A DNA stretch of 64,000 nt from an uncultured Erysipelotrichaceae bacterium (GTDB taxonomy: Bacteria > Bacillota_I > Bacilli_A > RFN20 > CAG-826): assembly GCA_902798595.1 (NCBI GenBank), contig CADBXE010000002.1:49531-113530 (forward strand), read 5' to 3'. The position numbers were made by a program, and so were the translations under genes. The notes beneath the pieces were generated by a model, which was given only the letters and a program-made list of their open reading frames with translations, was not told where the DNA came from and did no database searches. Below are positions 1 through 7,720 of the stretch, in pieces (position 1 is the first letter of the stretch; each line of letters begins with the position of its first letter).

Positions 1-6
1 GCCATT

Positions 7-1395
7 ATGGCGGTCCCAGCCCATGATAGTAGAGACTATGCTTTTGCTAAGAAATATAACTTAGATATTATCCAAGTCTTAGAAGGTGGCGATATTTCTA
101 AAGAAGCTTATGAAGAAGATGGCTTGCACATTAATTCTGGTTTCTTAAACGGCATGAACAAAGAAGATGCCATTAATAAGATGATTGATTTCTTAAAAGA
201 AAAAGGCATCGGTGAAAAGAAAGTTAACTATAAATTCAGAGAATGGATCTTTGCTAGACAAAGATACTGGGGTGAACCAGTTCCTGTTGTCCACCTCGAT
301 AATGGTGAAGTCCACGCTTTAGACGATGATGAATTACCACTCGTTCTTCCAGAACTTGATGACTATAAAGGCCATAACGGTCAAGCGCCATTAGAAAACG
401 CTAAAGAATGGAAAGAATATAACCATAATGGTTTACACGGTAAGCGCGAAACATCTACCATGCCAGGTAGTGCGGGTTCATCTTGGTACTTCCTTAGATA
501 CGTTGATCCACACAACGACAAGATGTTCTGCGATAAGAAATTAGCCGATCACTGGTTACCAGTTGACCTTTATATCGGTGGTCCAGAACATGCGGTTGGT
601 CACCTTATCTATTCCCGTATTTGGACAAAATACTTATGCGATAAAGGCTATATCAGCTTTGATGAACCATTTAAGAAACTCGTTCACCAAGGCATGATTT
701 TAGGCGCTAACAACATTAAGATGGGTAAACGTTATCCAGAATTCGTTGTTAACCCATTAGATGTCTGTGAACAATATGGTGCGGATACTCTCCGTATTTA
801 TGAAATGTTCATGGGACCACTTGAAGCAAGTAAGCCATGGTCTAATCAAGGTGTCGAAGGTGCACATAAATTCTTAGAAAGAGTCTACCGTATCATTATT
901 GAAAACGGCATTGTCTCTGACGAAGACACTCCTGAACTTGATTTGATTTACAATCAAACAGTTAAGAAAGTCACAGAAGACTATGAAAACCTTTCATTCA
1001 ACACCGCAATTAGCCAAATGATGATTTTCATTAATGAAGTCTATAGAGTTAATAAATTAAGCAAGAAATACGCTGAAGGATTTGTCAAACTCATCTCCTG
1101 TATTTGCCCACACATCGGTGAAGAAATGTGGCAGTTACTTGGTCATAACGAGACCATCGCGTTCGCTGAATGGCCAAAGTATGATGAATCCAAATTAGTG
1201 TTAAATACCATCAAGATGGGCGTTTCCGTTAACGGCAAAGTGAGAGGCGAACTTGAAATTGCTAAAGATGAAGATGACGAAGTCGTTAAAGCCGCAGCGT
1301 TAGCCCTTGAAGGTGTGAAACGTAATCTCGAAGGCAAAGAAATCAAAAAGATTATCGTGGTGAAAAACCGTATCGTGAATATCGTGGCCCTTTAA
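7..1395 (+). CDS. leuS: Leucyl-tRNA synthetase, C-terminal ~460 aa (5'-partial, enters window in frame)
   Basis: Translation MAVPAHDSRDYAFAKKYNL...YGADTLRIYEMFMGPLEASKPWS matches the LeuS catalytic and anticodon-binding region; the KMSKS position reads KMGKR. Confidence 0.85.
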   Translation: MAVPAHDSRDYAFAKKYNLDIIQVLEGGDISKEAYEEDGLHINSGFLNGMNKEDAINKMIDFLKEKGIGEKKVNYKFREWIFARQRYWGEPVPVVHLDNGEVHALDDDELPLVLPELDDYKGHNGQAPLENAKEWKEYNHNGLHGKRETSTMPGSAGSSWYFLRYVDPHNDKMFCDKKLADHWLPVDLYIGGPEHAVGHLIYSRIWTKYLCDKGYISFDEPFKKLVHQGMILGANNIKMGKRYPEFVVNPLDVCEQYGADTLRIYEMFMGPLEASKPWSNQGVEGAHKFLERVYRIIIENGIVSDEDTPELDLIYNQTVKKVTEDYENLSFNTAISQMMIFINEVYRVNKLSKKYAEGFVKLISCICPHIGEEMWQLLGHNETIAFAEWPKYDESKLVLNTIKMGVSVNGKVRGELEIAKDEDDEVVKAAALALEGVKRNLEGKEIKKIIVVKNRIVNIVAL

Positions 1396-1396
1396 T

Positions 1397-2170
1397 ATGA
1401 ATATTTGTGTTGATGTTGGTAATTCCACAATTGGAATTGGTGCTTATAAAGATAACGTTCTTCTTGAAAGAATGATCTTTAATACTGATGACCGTTTAAC
1501 GGATGATGAGTTCTATCGTCTCTTTAAAAATAAATTTAACGAATTAAATCTTTCTGCTAACGATGTTGAAAACATCATCTTCTCATCGGTTGTGCCACCA
1601 GTTAATCTCAGTATCATCAGTGCGCTTAAACAGTTATTTAATAAAGAACCAATCCTCATTGGTCCTGGTACTAAAACTGGTTTATCCATTAAAGTTGATA
1701 ATCCAATGGAAATTGGCAACGATCTTATCGCTGACTTGGTGAGCGCTAAAGAAAAATACGAATATCCATGCATTATCGCTGACTTAGGTACTGCGAGTAA
1801 GATTCTTTTACTTGATAAAACAGGTACATTCAGTGCGTGTTTAATTATGCCAGGTCTCACATTAAGCGCGGTCTCTTTATCAAATAAAGCAGCGTTACTT
1901 CCGGAAGTGTCTTTAATTGCCCCTAAGACCGTTTTAGCAAAGAACACACTAAGCGCGATGAACGCGGGCATTGTCTACGGACACGCTGATATGATTAGTG
2001 GTCTTATTGACCGTTTAGAAAAAGAAATCGGCTACCCATGTAAGCATATTCTTACAGGTGGTGGTGCGATTTACGTGAAGGAAATTCTTGGTGAGAGTTT
2101 CATCTATGATCGCAATTTGAACTTAGATGGGCTCAATATCATTATCAATAAAAATTTGAAGAAGGAGTAG
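1397..2170 (+). CDS. coaX: Type III pantothenate kinase (CoaX)
   Basis: N-terminal ICVDVGNSTIGIG acetate/sugar-kinase fold motif; 257 aa; lies 1 nt after the leuS stop. Confidence 0.7.
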   Translation: MNICVDVGNSTIGIGAYKDNVLLERMIFNTDDRLTDDEFYRLFKNKFNELNLSANDVENIIFSSVVPPVNLSIISALKQLFNKEPILIGPGTKTGLSIKVDNPMEIGNDLIADLVSAKEKYEYPCIIADLGTASKILLLDKTGTFSACLIMPGLTLSAVSLSNKAALLPEVSLIAPKTVLAKNTLSAMNAGIVYGHADMISGLIDRLEKEIGYPCKHILTGGGAIYVKEILGESFIYDRNLNLDGLNIIINKNLKKE

Positions 2171-2172
2171 TT

Positions 2173-3540
2173 ATGGAAAAAGAATTTTATAAAAAGCTTA
2201 CTGCTTCCTACGAAGCGGAAATGATGAGCAATCTTAAAGATTTCATCGCTATTGATTCAACATATGATGAATCCACAGTGGATGAAAACAATCCTTTTGG
2301 TAAAGGCGTTAGTAAAGCCTTACAATTCATCGCCGATTTAGCAAAAAAAGATGGTTTCATAGTTAAAAACTATGATAACTACCTTGTCGAAATTTTAACT
2401 AATGAACTTGATAAGAACATTACCATCATGGCTCACGCTGATATTGTTCCGGTTGGAACAGGTTGGCCACAAGACCCACTCCAAATGGTGGAAAAAGATG
2501 GCTTTTTATACGCTCGTGGTGTGGCAGATGATAAAGGTCCATTACTCTCCTGTTACTATGGCTTAAAAGCCTTAAAAGATAATGGCTTACTTGGTAACTA
2601 TCAAGTTAGATTCTTAGTGGGTGGTAATGAAGAAAGAGGTTCCGCTTGTATGGAACACTATTTCAAAACACTTAAAAAGAAACAACCAACATTCGGTTTC
2701 TCTCCTGATAGTGCTTACCCACTTACATACGCTGAAAAAGGTATTATTGGCTTTAAAGTTAAAAAGAAAGTCAATTTCCCAGAAGTTAAATCCATTAAAG
2801 GTGGTGTCGCTAGCAACGCTGTTATTGAAAAATGCGAAGTTCTTCTTAAAGAAGACCTTAACTTTATCGCTTATTTAAACGACCAAGAAGCAGACTATTC
2901 CTACCTCGCTAAAGGCGAAGAAATGCTTTTAACATTTAATGGTGTGGCCGCTCATGGTTCTATCCCATGGATGGGCAAAAACGCAGCGATGGCCCCTGTT
3001 AAGTATTTAGGCGACTATTACAAAAATGCTGACTTTAAGAAGTTATATGAATTATTAAACGATCCTAGAGGTGCTGGTGTTAACGCTGCCGCCAATAGTG
3101 AAAATATGGGTACCAACTCCCTCAATGTTGGTTTATTCTCGTACGAGAATGATGAACTAGAAGTTGTTGTTAATTACCGTCACGTTGAAACCGTCAAAGC
3201 GGAAGATATGATTAACAACATTAAAGAAGCTTCTAGACCATTTGAAATTGAAGTGGAAGGTATTTCCCCATTACTCTACTATCCAAAGGATAGTGATTTA
3301 ATCACCACATTATTAAGAGTTTACCAAGAAGAAACTGGTGACTATGAAACTGAAATCATTGCTTCTGGTGGCGGTACATACGCTAAAGAAGCGGATAATG
3401 TCGTTGCCTTTGGTATGGAATATCCAGGACATGATCCAAAGATGCATGGTGTGAATGAGAATACCAAGAGAGAATATCTCGTTGAATCAATGGGTATCTA
3501 CGCTCATGCTATCGTGGAATTAGGAAAGTTAATCAAGTAA
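2173..3540 (+). CDS. pepV: M20 family dipeptidase (PepV / Xaa-His dipeptidase-like)
   Basis: HADIVPVG and GVADDKGP metal-binding motifs; 455 aa. Confidence 0.7.
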   Translation: MEKEFYKKLTASYEAEMMSNLKDFIAIDSTYDESTVDENNPFGKGVSKALQFIADLAKKDGFIVKNYDNYLVEILTNELDKNITIMAHADIVPVGTGWPQDPLQMVEKDGFLYARGVADDKGPLLSCYYGLKALKDNGLLGNYQVRFLVGGNEERGSACMEHYFKTLKKKQPTFGFSPDSAYPLTYAEKGIIGFKVKKKVNFPEVKSIKGGVASNAVIEKCEVLLKEDLNFIAYLNDQEADYSYLAKGEEMLLTFNGVAAHGSIPWMGKNAAMAPVKYLGDYYKNADFKKLYELLNDPRGAGVNAAANSENMGTNSLNVGLFSYENDELEVVVNYRHVETVKAEDMINNIKEASRPFEIEVEGISPLLYYPKDSDLITTLLRVYQEETGDYETEIIASGGGTYAKEADNVVAFGMEYPGHDPKMHGVNENTKREYLVESMGIYAHAIVELGKLIK

Positions 3541-4148
3541 TGAGAACTAAATATAAACCTTGGGCCAAACCATTCATTGAAGAACACACCGAAGTGATGT
3601 GTCCTTTTGACGCGATTAATAATTATAAAAATTATTATTTAGAAGTTGGTTCTGGTAAAGGTCAATTCTTAGTTAACATGGCGAAGAATCATCCTGATAC
3701 ATTCTTTATTGGCATGGAATGTAACGTCACATGCGCAGGCTTTACCGCAAAGAAACTCGTGGAAAATGAAATTACTAACGCTAAGCTAGTTTATGCTTAC
3801 GCTGAACAAGTTTTACCGCTAATTGATGGGGGTAGTGTGAACGGCATTTTCTTAAATTTCTCTGACCCATGGCCAAAGAAGAGACACGCTAAAAGAAGGT
3901 TAACAAGTGACTCCTTCTTAAATCAATATTTACGCATTCTAAAGAAGGGCGCTAAGCTTATTTTTAAAACCGATAATTATGACCTATTTACTTACTCATT
4001 AGAACTAGTGCAAACTTCACCATTCAAACTCGTGGAAGCGAACTATTCTTATGATGGTAAAGACCCATTTGATGAGACTACTGAATACGAGGCTAGTTTC
4101 CGCGCTGAAGGTCAACCAATCTATCGTTTAATTTTGGAGAAGTTATGA
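3540..4148 (+). CDS. trmB: tRNA (guanine46-N7)-methyltransferase
   Basis: FLNFSDPWPKKRHAKRR motif typical of TrmB; TAATG overlap with pepV. Confidence 0.8.
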   Translation: MRTKYKPWAKPFIEEHTEVMCPFDAINNYKNYYLEVGSGKGQFLVNMAKNHPDTFFIGMECNVTCAGFTAKKLVENEITNAKLVYAYAEQVLPLIDGGSVNGIFLNFSDPWPKKRHAKRRLTSDSFLNQYLRILKKGAKLIFKTDNYDLFTYSLELVQTSPFKLVEANYSYDGKDPFDETTEYEASFRAEGQPIYRLILEKL

Positions 4149-4642
4149 TATCTAAATACGGATTAATTAATCATTTCGATAAGATTAACGCTTACTTAAG
4201 TATTATCTTTGATGATGTTCCAAAAAACCTTCTTCCAAAGCAAGATGAAGATTTATTAATTTATGAAAAAGATGGTAAGATTTACCGCATCGATATCTTT
4301 AATTTAAAGAAATATGTGAAGATTAGATTCCATGGCTTAATCACCTTACCTAACTATGAATTAATTGCTATCTTAAATGGCTATTTAGGTAAGTATGATA
4401 TTATGCTCATGAGTAAAGGTGATTCTGGTTTCTTTATCGTTAAAGATAATGATACTTACAAAGTAAAAGTTACAAAAGATACATTAACCGCTGATGGTAA
4501 ATTTGTAAAAGAAGATCGTTACGCCACATATCAGGATTTAGATGAAAGCGAACCAAATGAAGAGATCGTTTTGAATAATGATGATGTTAACGATAACGAC
4601 ATAAATAAAGATTTTTTCCAAATGGAGGAACGTGAAATATGA
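4145..4642 (+). CDS. Hypothetical protein (165 aa), acidic C-terminus
   Basis: ORF with ATGA overlap to trmB and ATGATG junction to the next gene; no family recognised. Confidence 0.4.
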   Translation: MISKYGLINHFDKINAYLSIIFDDVPKNLLPKQDEDLLIYEKDGKIYRIDIFNLKKYVKIRFHGLITLPNYELIAILNGYLGKYDIMLMSKGDSGFFIVKDNDTYKVKVTKDTLTADGKFVKEDRYATYQDLDESEPNEEIVLNNDDVNDNDINKDFFQMEEREI

Positions 4643-5736
4643 TGGAAGTAGAACTTAAAAAGCAAGGTAAGATTTCTCGTCTCACAAACAAAACATTTAA
4701 TTTCCCTAAAGAATTAGGCGAAGGCTTCTATAGCGCAAACTATTTCTTAAAGAGCCGTAAGATTGTCGCGGAGAACTTAAAAGGTCATATCGTGACCATG
4801 CAGTGGTTCCAAAGAAGAGACAATTCTATGCTCTGTGGTGTTGATGAAGCGATTGCGATTCTTCATACATTCGCAGTTCATCCAGAAGAACTCGTTATTG
4901 AAGCCTTAAATGATGGTGATATTATCCAAGCTAATGAACCAGTTTTAAAGGTCACAGGTACATATGAAAACTTTGGTTTTTTAGAATCCGTTATCGATGG
5001 TGTCTTAGCGCGTAGAAGTAGTGTAGCCACTAATGTCAAAGAAGTGCTTGATGCTGCCGGTGATACACCAGTATTTTCAATGGCCGATAGACAAGATGAT
5101 TTCCTCACCCAAGTTGGCGATGGTTACGCCACATATGTTGCTGGTATTAATAGAGTGAGCACAGACGCTCAAGGCTATTGGTGGGGTGGTAAAGGTATGG
5201 GCACTATGCCACATGCTTTAATCCAAATTTGTGGTGGCGATATTATTAAAGCCGCGGATGCTTACGCTAAAACATTCCCAGAAGAACAAGTAACTGCGTT
5301 AATTGACTATCACAATAACGTTGTTCGTGATTCCTTATTAATCGCTCGTCACTTAGGTCATAAGTTAAGAGGCGTCCGTGTTGATACTTCTAAAGCTCTA
5401 GTGGACCATTATTTTGATGATAAAGATACAAGTGGATTTGACCCACATGGTGTTTGTAAAGAACTCATTATCGCTTTAAGAAAAGCCTTAGATGATGAAG
5501 GCTTCAACTACGTTGGTATTACCGTTTCCTCTTCTTTCAACGCTGAAAAGATTAGAGAATGGAAGAAGTTAGGTGTTCCAGTGACTATGTATGGTGTTGG
5601 TACATCATTTGTTAACAACATGACATGTGGTTTCACTGGTGACTTAGTGATGCTAGATGGTAAAGGTGAAGCTAAAGAAGGTCGCGCTAACTACAATAAC
5701 GATAAACTTCAAAAAGTTCCTTATCCAATTTATTAA
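4639..5736 (+). CDS. Nicotinate phosphoribosyltransferase family protein (short archaeal/Thermoplasma-type NAPRTase)
   Basis: GTMPHAL and VRVDTSK motifs shared with the ~390-aa NAPRTase family; 365 aa. Confidence 0.55.
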   Translation: MMEVELKKQGKISRLTNKTFNFPKELGEGFYSANYFLKSRKIVAENLKGHIVTMQWFQRRDNSMLCGVDEAIAILHTFAVHPEELVIEALNDGDIIQANEPVLKVTGTYENFGFLESVIDGVLARRSSVATNVKEVLDAAGDTPVFSMADRQDDFLTQVGDGYATYVAGINRVSTDAQGYWWGGKGMGTMPHALIQICGGDIIKAADAYAKTFPEEQVTALIDYHNNVVRDSLLIARHLGHKLRGVRVDTSKALVDHYFDDKDTSGFDPHGVCKELIIALRKALDDEGFNYVGITVSSSFNAEKIREWKKLGVPVTMYGVGTSFVNNMTCGFTGDLVMLDGKGEAKEGRANYNNDKLQKVPYPIY

Positions 5737-5743
5737 TTAAAAG

Positions 5744-5770
5744 AAAAAAAGAGGACAAAGTCCTCTTTTA
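5744..5770. terminator. Bidirectional rho-independent terminator between convergent genes
   Basis: AAAAAAAGAGGAC-AAA-GTCCTCTTTTAATTTT hairpin with A-tract and T-tract on either side. Confidence 0.65.
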
Positions 5771-5787
5771 ATTTTGTTTATAATCGT

Positions 5788-7503
5788 TCATTCAACGTCT
5801 TGTAAAGCGTCATAGCCTTCTTCACCAGTTCTAACTTTGACAACGTTTTCAACATCATAGACGAAGATCTTACCGTCACCGATGTTACCGGTATATAAGA
5901 CTTTCTTCGCGGTTTCGATAACAGTTCTTACTGGAATTTTAGAAACAACGATATCGACTTGGACTTTTGGTAAAAGGTCCGCTTCGACTTGAACGCCACG
6001 ATAGAATTCTGGTTTACCTTGTTGTTGACCAAAGCCCATAACGTGAGCAACAGTCATACCCATAATACCGATTTTGCTCATCGCCGCTTTTAAGGCATAC
6101 AATCTTTCTTCTTTAAAGATAATTTCCACTTTAGTGAATTTAACGCCTGTCGTGGTGGTTTTAACTTTCTTAACAGGGATTGCTTCGCTAACTGGCATAT
6201 CTCCAGTCACAACTGATTCACTCTTAATGTAATCAGCATAAGCATTAGCAACGATAGCAAAGTCAGCGTATGCATTTATTAAGCCGTGTTCAGTGCTATC
6301 AAGACCTTTGATTTCTTCTTCTTTACTAACGCGTAAGCCAACGGTTTTCTTAATAATGAAGAATGTGGCAATCATACATACTGTGGTATAAGAAGCCACA
6401 CTAATAAAGCCTAAGCATTGTACGCCTAATTGATAGAAGTTACCGGTATAGAATAAGCCGTTAAGACCCGCTGGGGCTTTAGGATTGGCTAACAAGCCAA
6501 CAGCAATTGTACCCCAAATGCCATTAGCCATATGGACTCCAACCGCACCAACTGGATCATCAATATGGAGTTTGAGGTCAAGGAATTCGACCACAAAGAC
6601 CACTAAGATACCAGAAACCAAACCAACAACTGTGGAGCCAATAGCATCAAATGCTGCACATCCTGCTGTGACACCAACTAAGCCTGCTAAGCAAGCGTTG
6701 ATACACATAGAGACGTCTGGTTTACCGTTTTTAATCCAAGTAAAGATCATCGTTGTAACAGTCGCCACAGCTGGAGCAATGGTGGTATTTAAGAAGATAG
6801 TCGCTAATTCACTAGTGGAAGTAGCGGCAGCACCGTTAAAACCATACCAACCAAACCATAAGATGAACGCACCTAAGGCGCCTAAAGGAATAGAATGACC
6901 TTGAATAGCGTTAACTTTAATAACTTTGCCATTTGCATCTCTTTCGTATTTACCAATACGTGGACCAAGGATAATCGCACCAATAAGAGCAGCGATACCA
7001 CCAACCATATGAATAGCGGTGCTACCAGCGTAATCGTGGAAGCCAAGACTCGCTAACCAACCACCACCCCAAATCCAGTGGGCTTCAATTGGATAAATAA
7101 TTAAGGATATAACCGCGGAATAAATACAATATGATAAGAACTTTGTTCTTTCTGCCATAGAGCCAGAAACGATTGTCGCTGCAGTAGCGCAAAACACAAG
7201 ATTAAACACAAATGTTGAAGCAGCGGTAAATCCTTCCGCAGGACTTTCAATAAACGCTGCAAATTTAGCGAATAAATCAAGATTAGGTACACCAATAAGA
7301 CCGAAGAATGCGTCTTCGCCCATCATTAAGCCAAAACCTAATAACATGAAGACTACTGTACCAATACAGAAGTCCATTAAATTCTTCATGATAATGTTGC
7401 CAGCGTTCTTTGCACGTGTGAAACCAGTTTCAACCATCGCGAAACCCGCTTGCATAAAGAAGACAAGAGCCGCACCAATTAAGTACCAGAATTCAATTGT
7501 CAT
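5788..7503 (-). CDS. amt: Ammonium transporter Amt fused in-frame to a C-terminal P-II (GlnK/GlnB) nitrogen-regulatory domain
   Basis: N-terminal FMQAGFAMVETG Amt signature; last ~115 aa read EIIFKEERLYALKAAMSKIGIMGMTVAHVMGFGQQQG...GDGKIFVYDVENVVKVRTGEEG, a full-length P-II; RBS GGAGG ahead of the ATG. Confidence 0.8.
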   Translation of the reverse strand: MTIEFWYLIGAALVFFMQAGFAMVETGFTRAKNAGNIIMKNLMDFCIGTVVFMLLGFGLMMGEDAFFGLIGVPNLDLFAKFAAFIESPAEGFTAASTFVFNLVFCATAATIVSGSMAERTKFLSYCIYSAVISLIIYPIEAHWIWGGGWLASLGFHDYAGSTAIHMVGGIAALIGAIILGPRIGKYERDANGKVIKVNAIQGHSIPLGALGAFILWFGWYGFNGAAATSTSELATIFLNTTIAPAVATVTTMIFTWIKNGKPDVSMCINACLAGLVGVTAGCAAFDAIGSTVVGLVSGILVVFVVEFLDLKLHIDDPVGAVGVHMANGIWGTIAVGLLANPKAPAGLNGLFYTGNFYQLGVQCLGFISVASYTTVCMIATFFIIKKTVGLRVSKEEEIKGLDSTEHGLINAYADFAIVANAYADYIKSESVVTGDMPVSEAIPVKKVKTTTTGVKFTKVEIIFKEERLYALKAAMSKIGIMGMTVAHVMGFGQQQGKPEFYRGVQVEADLLPKVQVDIVVSKIPVRTVIETAKKVLYTGNIGDGKIFVYDVENVVKVRTGEEGYDALQDVE

Positions 7504-7670
7504 AATAATTCCTCCTAACTATCAAAAAATAGTTCATGAGGGGATTTTAAGGTTTTACGATATATTAATCAAATACGTATAAAGTTATAGTTACGATACG
7601 GAAAAAGTATGTAAAGAAAGTTTAACGTATCGTATATAATAACTTCGTATCTCACTCTTTTATATAAAAG

Positions 7671-7697
7671 AAAAAGCAGAATCAATTACGACTCTGC
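7671..7697 (-). terminator. Rho-independent terminator of the Ser-rich lipoprotein gene
   Basis: GCAGAGTCGTAATTGATTCTGC stem on the minus strand followed by a T-run. Confidence 0.4.
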
Positions 7698-7720
7698 ATT
7701 ATTTTTAGTTTACCTATTTA

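Noticed and set aside
1143-1971. Antisense ORFs inside leuS and coaX (1143-1346, 1513-1971)
   Set aside because: They are fully embedded opposite well-supported genes, have no RBS, and translate to low-complexity sequence. This is typical of shadow ORFs.
2621-2878. 85-aa same-strand alternative-frame ORF inside pepV
   Set aside because: It overlaps the conserved PepV coding frame and has no independent signals.
6485-6898. 137-aa plus-strand ORF opposite amt
   Set aside because: Shadow ORF of the Amt gene; Pro/Thr-rich low-complexity translation.
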